A DNA stretch of 64,000 bases from Candidatus Micrarchaeota archaeon. GTDB taxonomy: Archaea > Micrarchaeota > Micrarchaeia > Micrarchaeales > CABMGC01. The translations under genes were made by a program, and so were the position numbers. The notes beneath the pieces are model-generated. The model did not search any database. It was not told the DNA's origin and saw only the letters and a list, made by a program, of their open reading frames with translations. Below, one piece after another: positions 37,408 to 46,656 of the stretch (positions are counted from its first letter, which is position 1; each line of letters begins with the position of its first letter). The DNA lies in contig JAJZOF010000016.1 of NCBI GenBank assembly GCA_021811535.1, positions 2,592-66,591 of the forward strand. The letters run 5' to 3'.

Positions 37408-38790
37408 ATGCCTAGATATAGGACAGAGAGGGACGTTCTTGGAAGCGTAAAGGTGCCTTCAGAATCTTATTACGGCTCGGAGACCGCAAGGGCTCTTGAT
37501 AATTTCAGGATTTCCGGGGAGAAGATGGATCTTGAATTTATCAGGGCTTATGCCTTGCTCAAGAAGTGTGCAGTGCGGGCAAACATCGCTATAGGAAAGA
37601 TGGATAAGGAGAAGGGATCTTTTATAGTAAAGGCATGCGATATGATTATCGGAGGCGCTTTATCCGATCAGTTTGTAGTAGACGTATTTCAGGCTGGCGC
37701 GGGAACGAGCGTCAACATGAACCTTAATGAGGTTATAGCCAACAAAGCGCTCGAGATTGCCGGGCGGAGAAAGGGGGATTACAGGTATATACATCCCAAC
37801 GATCACGTTAACATGTCCCAATCGACAAATGATACATTTCCTACAGTCATTGATATATCGGCATACTCGGCCGTAAATAAGTCGCTGCTGCCAGCACTTA
37901 AAGGACTGGAGAATGCGCTTATGCTCAAATCCCGCGAATTCACAAGGATCGTGAAGCTCGGTAGAACTCACCTGCAGGATGCTGTGCCGATAACACTTGG
38001 TGAGGAGTTCTCCGGTTATGCATGGTCGGTGAGACGGTCAAGGGAGGAGGTAGAGAGGCGCAGCAGGCTCCTGCTGGAGATACCAATAGGCGGCACTGCG
38101 GTAGGTACGGGGATTAATGCAGGAAGGGCTTATAAGTCAAAGGTAATAAGCGAGCTTAGGAAGGAGACAGGCTATGGATTTGCTGCGGCAAGGAACGTCT
38201 TTTCATCCATGCAGGGCAGGATTGAGGTAGTAGCAGTCAGCAACGCCATAAACGAGGCTGCAATATCCATTGGGAAGATAGCCAATGATTTAAGGCTTCT
38301 TGGATCGGGCCCGAGAGGCGGGATTGGAGAGATATTTCTTCCTGAGGTCCAGCCAGGTTCGTCGATAATGCCCGGAAAGATAAATCCGAGCATGGCGGAG
38401 ATGATGAATATGGCATGCTTTGAGGTATCTGGAAGGAACCTCTCGATAATTAATGCAGCGGCATCGGGCCAGCTGGAACTTAATGTCTTTATGCCGGTTA
38501 TGGCGCACGACTTCCTTGTGGAGATACGCGTGCTCTCAGGAGCTGTACGCGCTTTCACCGATAAATGCATACTCGGGATCAGGCCCAACAGGGCAAGGAT
38601 ATCAGAGCTTGTGGAGAGGAACATATCGATAGCCACATCCCTAACGCCAAAGATAGGATATGCAGCGGCAGCTGAGATTGCCAGGGAAGCCTACAAGAAG
38701 GGTATGAGCGTGAGGGAAGTATGCAGGGCAAAAGGAATATTGAGCGTGGAGGAGCTGGATGAGCTTCTTGATCCGGCAAGGCTTGTGTGA
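37408..38790 (+). CDS. fumC: Class II fumarate hydratase (fumarase/aspartase family)
   Basis: Signature GSSIMPGKINP, TNDTFPT, and HLQDA(V)PIT motifs. Confidence 0.88.
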   Translation: MPRYRTERDVLGSVKVPSESYYGSETARALDNFRISGEKMDLEFIRAYALLKKCAVRANIAIGKMDKEKGSFIVKACDMIIGGALSDQFVVDVFQAGAGTSVNMNLNEVIANKALEIAGRRKGDYRYIHPNDHVNMSQSTNDTFPTVIDISAYSAVNKSLLPALKGLENALMLKSREFTRIVKLGRTHLQDAVPITLGEEFSGYAWSVRRSREEVERRSRLLLEIPIGGTAVGTGINAGRAYKSKVISELRKETGYGFAAARNVFSSMQGRIEVVAVSNAINEAAISIGKIANDLRLLGSGPRGGIGEIFLPEVQPGSSIMPGKINPSMAEMMNMACFEVSGRNLSIINAAASGQLELNVFMPVMAHDFLVEIRVLSGAVRAFTDKCILGIRPNRARISELVERNISIATSLTPKIGYAAAAEIAREAYKKGMSVREVCRAKGILSVEELDELLDPARLV

Positions 38791-38829
38791 TAACTGCCTG
38801 CCTCCTTACGCAGCGCCTGCGCATATATA

Positions 38830-40086
38830 TTATGTGTTAGGCACTATATTGTCAAGTATGAAGTATGGGTCATACGGCATGATGTCGCCATAGCCCTCTC
38901 CGGTGCCGAAGTAGAGTATTGGTATCTCAAGTTCGCCCAAGATGGATAGCGTGTTGCCGCCCTTTGCATCGCAGTCTAGCTTTGTGAGTATTATCCCGTC
39001 TATCCCTATCTCTGCATTTATTCTCGATACCTGCTCCAGTATCGCGTTGCCGGCTATGCTCTCTCCGACAAATATCTTCATGTCTGGCTTTGTAACGCGC
39101 ACCATCTTCTTGAGCTCCTCTATCAGGTTCCTGTTTGTCTCCTGCCTGCCTGCGCTGTCTATAAGGACAACGTTTATGCCCTGAGCCTTTGCATGGGCTA
39201 TAGCGTCGAAAGCAACGCTTGCCGGATCCGCCCCGTAACTTCCCTTTACGGCTTTTATGCCAAGCTTCTCGGCATGGAAGACAGCCTGTTCTATCGCCGC
39301 TGCCCTGAACGTATCGCTCGCAGATATTATGCATGTGAACCCTTTTTCTGTGAATGCGCGTGCCAGCTTTGCCATTGTTGTCGTCTTTCCTGCGCCATTA
39401 GGGCCTATGAAGAGTATCTTATACGGATCCCCGCCATCGGCCTTGGCCTTCGCAGACGCATAAATATCAGGCGGCTGCCCTTTGGAGAGTATCCCGAGGA
39501 GTGATGTGCGCGTTATGCTCCTTATCTCTGCCTCGGCGCTCCTGTAATGTATCTCTTTCCCGAGGAGGTTTTTGCGCAGGAGCTCAGTTATCTTCTCTGC
39601 CACAGAGTAATTTACGTCAGATAGTATGAGCTGGTTCATAAGCTCGTCCAGAAAAGGCGAGAGGTCACGCTCCGATATCTTCACCTGTCCGAATATCGTG
39701 CCCTTTATTCTCGTTGCAGCGGCAAGCTTAATGCCGGCGCTCTTCTCCTTCCTTGGCTTCTCCTGCGTGTTTATGCTGGCAGGTCTCGCTGCCGGTGCCT
39801 CTTCTGCTTTATACTGGATATTTTCCTGGCCATGATTTTCGCGGTGCTGCGCCTCGCTTTCCTGCCGGCCGGGCTCGGGCTGCGCTTCTCGTATCCCTTC
39901 CGCTTCCCTTTGTGGCTGCGTGGTCTTCTGCACTGCAGTCTCAGCAGGAATATGCCCATGCTGCTTTTCCTGTTGGGTCTCTGGGGAAGGCGCCTGTGCA
40001 TGCGACGCGCCTTCTGCCCTCTCCTCCTCGCTCTTTGAGAATGAATTTACAAAATTAGAAAACTTTTTCTTTAGTCCGTCGAACAT
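38830..40086 (-). CDS. ftsY: Signal recognition particle receptor FtsY with long charged N-terminal region
   Basis: NG domain motifs GPNGAGKTTT, DTFRAAAIEQ, DSAGR, TKLD. The N-terminal ~120 aa are E/Q/P/A-rich. Confidence 0.92.
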   Translation of the reverse strand: MFDGLKKKFSNFVNSFSKSEEERAEGASHAQAPSPETQQEKQHGHIPAETAVQKTTQPQREAEGIREAQPEPGRQESEAQHRENHGQENIQYKAEEAPAARPASINTQEKPRKEKSAGIKLAAATRIKGTIFGQVKISERDLSPFLDELMNQLILSDVNYSVAEKITELLRKNLLGKEIHYRSAEAEIRSITRTSLLGILSKGQPPDIYASAKAKADGGDPYKILFIGPNGAGKTTTMAKLARAFTEKGFTCIISASDTFRAAAIEQAVFHAEKLGIKAVKGSYGADPASVAFDAIAHAKAQGINVVLIDSAGRQETNRNLIEELKKMVRVTKPDMKIFVGESIAGNAILEQVSRINAEIGIDGIILTKLDCDAKGGNTLSILGELEIPILYFGTGEGYGDIMPYDPYFILDNIVPNT

Positions 40087-40529
40087 CAGGATACCTGCTG
40101 CTCAAGCGCGCCGAGCCTGTATGTTATGTCTGCAAGCTCCGCACTTATTTTCTGCTTCTCAGCCGAGAGCTTCTTCAGGACCTCCTCTTCCTTCTTCTCG
40201 TTCTCCTTCACGAATGCCCTTGCCTCTTCTATCCCTTTCTCCACGAGATAACCTGCGCCGATGTACGTGAGGACTGTGTTGCTCTCTGCTATCTTGGCAT
40301 GTACGTATGTCCCCCCCTCGCAGTTGATGAGCGTGCTGCTCCCTTTTATGGAGCCGTATGTATCCAGGAACTCTATGTTCTTGCGCAACCCGGAGAGCCC
40401 TATCGTGTACGTGGCTATCTCATCGTTTATGACTTCGTACTGCTGCGAATAGAGGCGCTCGAGATACCTGAGTTGCGCTATTGCATCTTCCCTTTTTATT
40501 TCCTTTGAATCTGATCCGTTCTCCGGCAT
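40086..40529 (-). CDS. pfdA: Prefoldin alpha subunit
   Basis: Coiled coil, beta hairpins (TLINCEGGTYVHAKI...VLTYIGAGYLVE), coiled coil. Conserved position next to ftsY and aIF6. Confidence 0.8.
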   Translation of the reverse strand: MPENGSDSKEIKREDAIAQLRYLERLYSQQYEVINDEIATYTIGLSGLRKNIEFLDTYGSIKGSSTLINCEGGTYVHAKIAESNTVLTYIGAGYLVEKGIEEARAFVKENEKKEEEVLKKLSAEKQKISAELADITYRLGALEQQVS

Positions 40530-40558
40530 GAATATCAGTATTTAATCCTCTTCTTAGC

Positions 40559-41221
40559 TTATAAATCTAATCCTTCGGATATCCTGGCCATCTCAAATCC
40601 TGTAGTCTTTTCCCCGACAAGGAGGCCTTTGCTGTTTGATATCGCGCAGAGGCCTATGCTTAATGACCCGGTATTGGCAGTCGACTGTGATACATACTTG
40701 AAGAGCCCGCGGAGTCTCTCCAGCTCCTCGTCGGTTGCCATGTTGTTGGCAACAATCCCTTTGTTGCTGAGTATGTTGTTTGCGCCTACCGTCCTGAATC
40801 CTCCGATTGACATCCGCACCGTCTCCACATCTAGTGCCTTTCCTATCTCCGCCTCTTCGCTCTCGCTGAATTCTGGATTGATTATTGCGACTTTGTCATT
40901 TGCAAGTATATTATTGCCCAGGGCGTTGAGCTGTGTCTCGAGCACTTTTACGCCTGTACCTATCTTCCTGAACCTCTCAAGTTCTGTCCTGGATACGAAC
41001 TCCGGAAGGAGTATGCACTTTGAGTTTGCAGCAGTGTATAGGCCAATCAGATCGGACCCGTCTATGCTCGCCCTTGCGACTTCTACGCCGAGGGCTTCCT
41101 TTATGGACTTCTCACCGGATTCATTCAGGCGGGTGCCTGCAATGACTATATCCTCAGTGGACCTTGCAAATGCACCTACATATTCGCTGCCGATTATGTT
41201 ATTTTTGACTATACCCATCAT
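40559..41221 (-). CDS. eif6: Translation initiation factor aIF6
   Basis: 220 aa with five-fold pseudo-repeats (IGxxxxANxxGxLxP-type). Conserved neighbourhood with L31e/L39e. Confidence 0.88.
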   Translation of the reverse strand: MMGIVKNNIIGSEYVGAFARSTEDIVIAGTRLNESGEKSIKEALGVEVARASIDGSDLIGLYTAANSKCILLPEFVSRTELERFRKIGTGVKVLETQLNALGNNILANDKVAIINPEFSESEEAEIGKALDVETVRMSIGGFRTVGANNILSNKGIVANNMATDEELERLRGLFKYVSQSTANTGSLSIGLCAISNSKGLLVGEKTTGFEMARISEGLDL

Positions 41222-41656
41222 TCAACCTTTCTGTACAGGAACAGTATCGCTTTTCTGCTGTTTAGGCTGTTGCTGCTTAGGCTTCGCAGAATCATTCTTT
41301 TTGGGTTCGGGTGCCTTCGCGCTCTTCTCAGCTGCGGGCTCTGCCTTGGTAGCGGGGTCTTTCTTTGTAGGTTTTGTCTGCGCTGCTTCCTGCTTAGGAT
41401 TAGCAGCATTAGGTATTGTAACGTCAGTTTTGTCCCCTTTCTTCTCCACGACTACGGAAATCTTAGGCATATGGCCGTTTATAAGGGAATTGAGCTTATT
41501 GCTGAGATTTGGATTTATTGTAACGTCATCTGGGCTTATCTTCATGCTTCTGGCCACCATCTTCCGTATATGATCAGCCGCTATCCTCCTGCGTCTGGTA
41601 GTATGTACCTTCAGCAGCCTTCTCCTTAGGTTTATCTTCATCTGATTAGTTGCCAT
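41222..41656 (-). CDS. rpl31e: 50S ribosomal protein L31e with K/P/A/Q-rich C-terminal extension
   Basis: The N-terminal ~88 aa are L31e-like (INLRRRLLKVHTTRRRRIAADHIRKMV...). About 55 extra low-complexity residues follow. Confidence 0.85.
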   Translation of the reverse strand: MATNQMKINLRRRLLKVHTTRRRRIAADHIRKMVARSMKISPDDVTINPNLSNKLNSLINGHMPKISVVVEKKGDKTDVTIPNAANPKQEAAQTKPTKKDPATKAEPAAEKSAKAPEPKKNDSAKPKQQQPKQQKSDTVPVQKG

Positions 41657-41665
41657 TTGATCACA

Positions 41666-41824
41666 TCACGCCTTTATTCTGAGCTTCCTCCTGCGCCAAT
41701 CGCGCTGGTTCTTGTTGTACTGGATACGCCTGTGTGTCTTCAATATGGCCAATACAGGTATACGACCGTTTTCCTTGAGCTTCTTGCCAAGCATGCTCTT
41801 CTTTAACTGCGATTTCTTTCCCAT
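41666..41824 (-). CDS. rpl39e: 50S ribosomal protein L39e
   Basis: MGKKSQLKKSMLGKKLKENGRIPVLAILKTHRRIQYNKNQRDWRRRKLRIKA. ATG at 41824. Confidence 0.85.
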   Translation of the reverse strand: MGKKSQLKKSMLGKKLKENGRIPVLAILKTHRRIQYNKNQRDWRRRKLRIKA

Positions 41825-41834
41825 TTGTTTCATC

Positions 41835-42152
41835 TCATTTGTGCTTGAATTCAATCTTAGTATCTGGTTTGTAGGTTAACTTATATAAAACATCCTTGAG
41901 CTGCTCCTCGGTTATCTTTCCAGCCATCCTCTTTGACTGGGCTGTTGCCAGTATCAGGTCGAGCATCTGCATGTAAAGCGTGTAATTGGACATGCGAACG
42001 TTCATGAGCCTCTCGTATGCTGGTATGTCCATAAATCTGCGGGCTGTCTCCCTCTTTTCCTTTTCCACCTGCAGTTCCTTGAGGCGCTTTGCCCATGCTT
42101 TCTTCAGCTTTGCATCCTCTGGCTCGCTCTGGGCTTCTGGCACTTTAGCCAC
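41835..42152 (-). CDS. PDCD5/TFAR19-like DNA-binding protein
   Basis: About 105 aa helical protein in the conserved slot between S19e and L39e. Pattern RRFMDIPAYERLMNVRMSN...QLKDVL fits the family. Confidence 0.7.
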   Translation of the reverse strand: MAKVPEAQSEPEDAKLKKAWAKRLKELQVEKEKRETARRFMDIPAYERLMNVRMSNYTLYMQMLDLILATAQSKRMAGKITEEQLKDVLYKLTYKPDTKIEFKHK

Positions 42153-42561
42153 CTTTCATTATCTCGTTTGCAGCGCTATCCAGAAAAGACCTTCCTTTTG
42201 GCGTTATCTCCCTTCCCTTTCTGGTCTTTTTTAGATACCCCTGTTTCTCTAGAGTATCAAATGCGTCCTTTATTATGCTCCCCCCTGCCCGCGCGGTATG
42301 ATGCCTCCTTACCAGATGATTCCGCTTGTTGCTGTACTTTGATCGCAATTTGGAGATCCCTGTTGGGCCGCTTATGTATATCTGCCGCAGTATTGACGCG
42401 CATCGTATGTACCAGAAATTCTTCTGCGAGGGGATCCTTTCCCTTCCGTAGCCGCTCTTCACGTATTTTACATATTCCGGCTTCTTTATCCCGGATTCCT
42501 CGAGTTTCTTCGCAGCAAGATTGATAAGCCTCTCGCTATCGACTTCGTATATGTTTGCCAT
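42145..42561 (-). CDS. rps19e: 30S ribosomal protein S19e
   Basis: KKPEYVKYVKSGYGRERIPSQKNFWYIRCASILRQIY..GP.GISKLR and the C-terminal GREITPKGRSFLD pattern. Confidence 0.9.
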   Translation of the reverse strand: MANIYEVDSERLINLAAKKLEESGIKKPEYVKYVKSGYGRERIPSQKNFWYIRCASILRQIYISGPTGISKLRSKYSNKRNHLVRRHHTARAGGSIIKDAFDTLEKQGYLKKTRKGREITPKGRSFLDSAANEIMKGG

Positions 42562-42658
42562 TGAAGCACCGTACTAAAAAGCACTTATCATATCTGCATA
42601 TGGATATATATTTATTGCTATAATATTATTCACGATAATCTTAAGGAGTAGTGGTTAT

Positions 42659-42925
42659 ATGAAAATGACAGTAGAGGAGGATGATTCAGGAAGCCTGATA
42701 CTCAAGTTTAGCGAGAGCGACAGGGCAATAGCAGAACTGATAAAGGATAAGATAGCAGGCAGGAAAGGAGTGGAATTCGCAGGAGTGGTAAGGGAGCACC
42801 CTGAGATAGACGAGACCAAACTCATAGTCAAGGGTGGAAAGGGCCAGAAGCAGGAACTGCTTAAGGCCATCGAGGAGTTGCAGCAGGATTTGAAGGAACT
42901 TGAGGGGCAGATACCTAAGAGATAG
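42659..42925 (+). CDS. rpoL: DNA-directed RNA polymerase subunit L (Rpo11)
   Basis: LILKFSESDRAIAELIKDKIAGRKGVEFAGVVREHPEIDETKLIVK...LLKAIEEL parallels the Rpo11 pattern (EDHTLGNL...V.FA.Y...HP). Confidence 0.65.
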   Translation: MKMTVEEDDSGSLILKFSESDRAIAELIKDKIAGRKGVEFAGVVREHPEIDETKLIVKGGKGQKQELLKAIEELQQDLKELEGQIPKR

Positions 42926-43016
42926 AAGGTCCTGTGCGCTGATGCGCTACGTGCACACTTGCAAACCTCTGGACTTATCCATGCATTTTAATACTTTTTA
43001 CTTAACCTAATTCTTT

Positions 43017-44882
43017 ATGAACAGCAGGCTCGTTGTGATGCTGATTGCTCTGCTTGCGGCTTTGAGCTACGCGGCAGGCACACAAGCAACAGGTCAGAAC
43101 CTGTGCGGTAAGATAATGATAACATCCTCAGGCTCTGCAGTTACACTGCCCCAGTGCAACCATTATAACATAAGCTTCGCCAATGGCGTCTCGGACTCTT
43201 TTATAAACTGCAATAATGCGACTATTGGAAACGGATCCGCGGTTTACCTGGCGGGAAGCAACCTGAATGATTCGCTTGGGCATTGCGCATTCAATGGGTC
43301 TTCCCTTGATCTGGGCAACGACTCTTCGTTATCGCTCGTGAGCCCTATTAAGACCAGGTTCTCGAACACTCTTGGGAGCGGGAGCAGGATATATGTGGAT
43401 TATATGCTTAGGATAAATGTCTTTGAGCCTTTTGGCAGCAATTCCATAGGGGTCTTTGGAGACAGGGTAGCTGCTTATGGCTATTTAGTGCCTCTTATGC
43501 AGGGTAAGGTAAATATAAAGGCTACGCAGATGCAGATGGCCTCATCAAACAGCAGCTACATATTATCCCTAATTTCAAACCTGAGCAGAAGGTTTGGAAT
43601 TAGGGTATACAACGAGACGCAGACTCAGATATTCCTCGACCGGTACAATACTAGCTACGGAAAGGTCATAGGCAGCAGGAGTTTTCAGGTGACAGCTTAT
43701 ATGATAACTAAGAACGGGACTGTTGATTTCAACCCTTATGCGATGTACTACTCATTCTTTGCCTATGACCAGCTTATAATGTTCAATGTCAATGTGACAA
43801 AAGACATGAATATAACACCTGTCTACATAGCCCCGGTTTATCCGAAATTCAACTTCTATTTTATACCTAATGACCCTTCAGGGAGATTATCCATAAGGTA
43901 TATCCTTGCGATACCCCCGCAGGATCTCGGATGGAATTTCAGCACTTATATATACAGGTACGATGCGAACCAGCCAGGCGGAGGTTTTATAGAGAACCCA
44001 TACAACAATACCGTAGGAACGGAAGACAGCTTCATAAAAGTGTTCCAGAATAACAATGCAAGCTACAATATTTCTTATTACAAAGGCGCACGGTATTATT
44101 TGATTAACTATACTTCAGCGCTGGGGCCCGGAATCAATTCTTCGATAGTTACGGAGATGGGTAACTCAGGTGCGAATTCAAGTTACATCCAGGACTCTAC
44201 CACTCCTTCGTTCAGTTTTGGCGTTGGATATTGCAGCACAATAATAAATCAGACCTCGCCTTTCTTTATGATAAACACTTCTGGCACTTATTACGCGTCA
44301 GGTGAGCTGCGCCCTTTGGTAGGCTCCGCTACGCCGCTCCTTGCGGATTTTCCCTGCTCCACGGGATTCTATGTGAAAGGAAGCGATATAGCCATAATAT
44401 GCAGAAACTCCACGATAAATGATACGATCTCTGGCGGTGTGATAAATGACTCTCACAACGTCTCTGTTAGTGGATGCAGGTTTTACGGGAATGGCCTGCG
44501 TGTGATAAATTCCACAGATATACACATATACAATCTCTCTTCTTATGCGAATGTTTACAATGACACATTCGGATTGGAAATCGTTAATTCCTCCGATGTA
44601 AGCGTATTTGACTCAAATGTCAGCCACGAATATTTTTATCCATACTCTGAGGAAAATAGCAGCGTAAGACTTGCAGGAGATAATTTCAACTCGGGTAACA
44701 GCACGGTATCGGGGCTTGGAAATGGAACCATTGTGCCCGTCTCGAAGGAAGACCAGGATGCGGTGCTTGCCTTGTCGACTATTGCAATAATTTGCGCAGG
44801 GTACTACCTTTTTGTCAGGATAAGGGATGAGGACAACAAACGCAAACGGATGGTTGGAAATAGCAGAAGGCGCAGGAGGTAA
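43017..44882 (+). CDS. Large N-glycosylation-rich surface protein with parallel beta-helix repeats and C-terminal TM anchor
   Basis: Signal peptide (VVMLIALLAALSYAAG), dozens of N-x-S/T sequons, PbH1-like repeats near the C-terminus (INDSHNVSVSGCRFYGNGLRVINSTDIHIYN...LEIVNSSDVSVFDSNVS), TM helix and an RRRRR tail. Confidence 0.7.
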   Translation: MNSRLVVMLIALLAALSYAAGTQATGQNLCGKIMITSSGSAVTLPQCNHYNISFANGVSDSFINCNNATIGNGSAVYLAGSNLNDSLGHCAFNGSSLDLGNDSSLSLVSPIKTRFSNTLGSGSRIYVDYMLRINVFEPFGSNSIGVFGDRVAAYGYLVPLMQGKVNIKATQMQMASSNSSYILSLISNLSRRFGIRVYNETQTQIFLDRYNTSYGKVIGSRSFQVTAYMITKNGTVDFNPYAMYYSFFAYDQLIMFNVNVTKDMNITPVYIAPVYPKFNFYFIPNDPSGRLSIRYILAIPPQDLGWNFSTYIYRYDANQPGGGFIENPYNNTVGTEDSFIKVFQNNNASYNISYYKGARYYLINYTSALGPGINSSIVTEMGNSGANSSYIQDSTTPSFSFGVGYCSTIINQTSPFFMINTSGTYYASGELRPLVGSATPLLADFPCSTGFYVKGSDIAIICRNSTINDTISGGVINDSHNVSVSGCRFYGNGLRVINSTDIHIYNLSSYANVYNDTFGLEIVNSSDVSVFDSNVSHEYFYPYSEENSSVRLAGDNFNSGNSTVSGLGNGTIVPVSKEDQDAVLALSTIAIICAGYYLFVRIRDEDNKRKRMVGNSRRRRR

Positions 44883-44943
44883 GGACTTGTCCCTCGGCAT
44901 AGGCTACTACATAATAAATTTCGTGGATGCAAATTTCACAAGC

Positions 44944-46653
44944 ATGTTTTTCTATTATTACATATTAGTGCTGCTTGCGCTCGCCGGGGCTGCAGTACTC
45001 TCGCGCAGTGATATGAAAAAATACCTTAAATCTGCGGGGATTTTTAAAGAATGGAGATTACTCATATTGCTGTTCTTTTTCTTCGTGGCGGTGGAGGCGA
45101 TTCTTGTACAGCCTACGCATATGCTTTATAACGATGAGTACATCTACGAGAGCATCGCAAAGACGATGATATTCGACCATATCTTCGGAATATGCAGTTT
45201 CTCGACCCCTTACCATTGCGTAAATGGCACGATAGGTTTCTTCCATCAGCCAGGGGGCTGGCCCCTCCTTGAGGCAGTCGGGTTTTACGTATTTGGGGTT
45301 CATGCGTATATAGCGTATGACATTAACCTGCTCCTTTATTCTTTCTCTGTGGTGCTTGTATTTGCCATATCCTATAGCCTCTTTCGGAACAGGCTTGCGG
45401 CTGTTTCCGCTGCGGCAATATTCGGCTTTATGCCTTTGGTCATGACTTACTCCAGGTCCGGCATCTCGGACATCTCAATGCTCGCCTTAGAACTCCTCTC
45501 CGTATTCCTGATGATTGCATACATAAAGACCAAAAGCAGGCGGATAGCAATAGCAGCTGTTTTCTCCATAGCATTCACGATGTGCACAAAGGTTGACGGG
45601 GCGGTGATATTGCCAATAGCGCTTGCCATGCTCCTTCTTGAGGCATATCTTGCAGGAGGGGGAAGGAGGCTGATTCCCAGAAGGAAAGTAGAAGCTGCTG
45701 CGATTATACTCCTTATCATTGTCGCTATACCGCAGTTCATGTTCCTTTACACATCGCTTGGACACTCTTTCGGAGTCGCATCAGGTCAGGGGCAGCATAA
45801 ATTCAGCATCCAGAACTTTGACGGCAATATATACACAAACCTTCTCTTCTGGACTGGATGGTATTCGAATGTGGCTTATTCAGCAGGATATCTTTACCAT
45901 GTGCCCTTCCCCGTGTTTGCGACAATATTTGCAGTATTTGGAGCGGCATGGCTTTCCAGGAGGAGGCAATACGGGAGCCTTGCATTCCTTCTTGCATGGT
46001 TTTCTGCAGTATTCATCTTCTATACTTTTTATTATGCCGGATCATTTACGTACGGTCTTGGGGATGACGCACGCTACTTTTTCAGCGCATTTGCTGCGCT
46101 TGCGATTCTTGCAGGGCTGGGCTTCTCCTTCGCATATGGGTACGTCTGCAAACTTGCAGGGCTCGCAGGCAGAGATGACAGAAGGAAGAGGATGGCTCTG
46201 GGAATGCTCGTTGCCTTGCTTCTTGTATCTAATTATGCGGTGCTGATAGAGGGATCTGTTATCGGATCGCCAACACAGATAGCGCCTTTTGCCGCAGAAA
46301 GGGCTGACCAGGCGTTCCTTGAATCAAATTATATGAAGATACCTGAAGGATGCTATGTGATCACCTTCAAACCTCCGTTCTGGTACACGCTTGGGTATGG
46401 CAATATCTATACCACATGGGTTAATTATCCGCAGTACTATTCGAGGCTCATGAATCTCTCTGGAGGATGCCTTTATTTTGATTACAGCACAAGCTGCTAC
46501 ATAGGCGGGACAGACGGCATATACGGGAATACGCAGAACGAATGCAGTGCGATATTCAGCAACTTCAGCGTTTCTGAGGTAGCAGGGGAAGCGTATAATA
46601 ACTTCGGCTGGAACACAACATTTGCGATATACAAGATACTTGGAAGGAAATAG
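44944..46653 (+). CDS. GT-C fold membrane glycosyltransferase (ArnT/PMT-like, family 39/83-type)
   Basis: About 12 TM helices, an acidic first-loop motif (YNDEYIYE) and a C-terminal soluble domain. ATG at 44944 preferred (the ORF track start overlaps the upstream gene). Confidence 0.6.
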   Translation: MFFYYYILVLLALAGAAVLSRSDMKKYLKSAGIFKEWRLLILLFFFFVAVEAILVQPTHMLYNDEYIYESIAKTMIFDHIFGICSFSTPYHCVNGTIGFFHQPGGWPLLEAVGFYVFGVHAYIAYDINLLLYSFSVVLVFAISYSLFRNRLAAVSAAAIFGFMPLVMTYSRSGISDISMLALELLSVFLMIAYIKTKSRRIAIAAVFSIAFTMCTKVDGAVILPIALAMLLLEAYLAGGGRRLIPRRKVEAAAIILLIIVAIPQFMFLYTSLGHSFGVASGQGQHKFSIQNFDGNIYTNLLFWTGWYSNVAYSAGYLYHVPFPVFATIFAVFGAAWLSRRRQYGSLAFLLAWFSAVFIFYTFYYAGSFTYGLGDDARYFFSAFAALAILAGLGFSFAYGYVCKLAGLAGRDDRRKRMALGMLVALLLVSNYAVLIEGSVIGSPTQIAPFAAERADQAFLESNYMKIPEGCYVITFKPPFWYTLGYGNIYTTWVNYPQYYSRLMNLSGGCLYFDYSTSCYIGGTDGIYGNTQNECSAIFSNFSVSEVAGEAYNNFGWNTTFAIYKILGRK

Positions 46654-46656
46654 TGG

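Noticed and set aside
40629-41573. 314-aa ORF on the + strand spanning the aIF6 and L31e genes on the opposite strand.
   Set aside because: Low-complexity S/L/A/F-rich translation with no motifs. It lies antisense to two confidently identified genes, which is a typical shadow ORF of the codon bias.
44944-46653. GT-C protein as the oligosaccharyltransferase AglB (FWYTLGYG resembling WWDYG).
   Set aside because: The match is only partial. The motif also lies about 40 residues beyond the last TM helix rather than directly after it, and the first-loop motif and size fit ArnT/PMT-like enzymes better.
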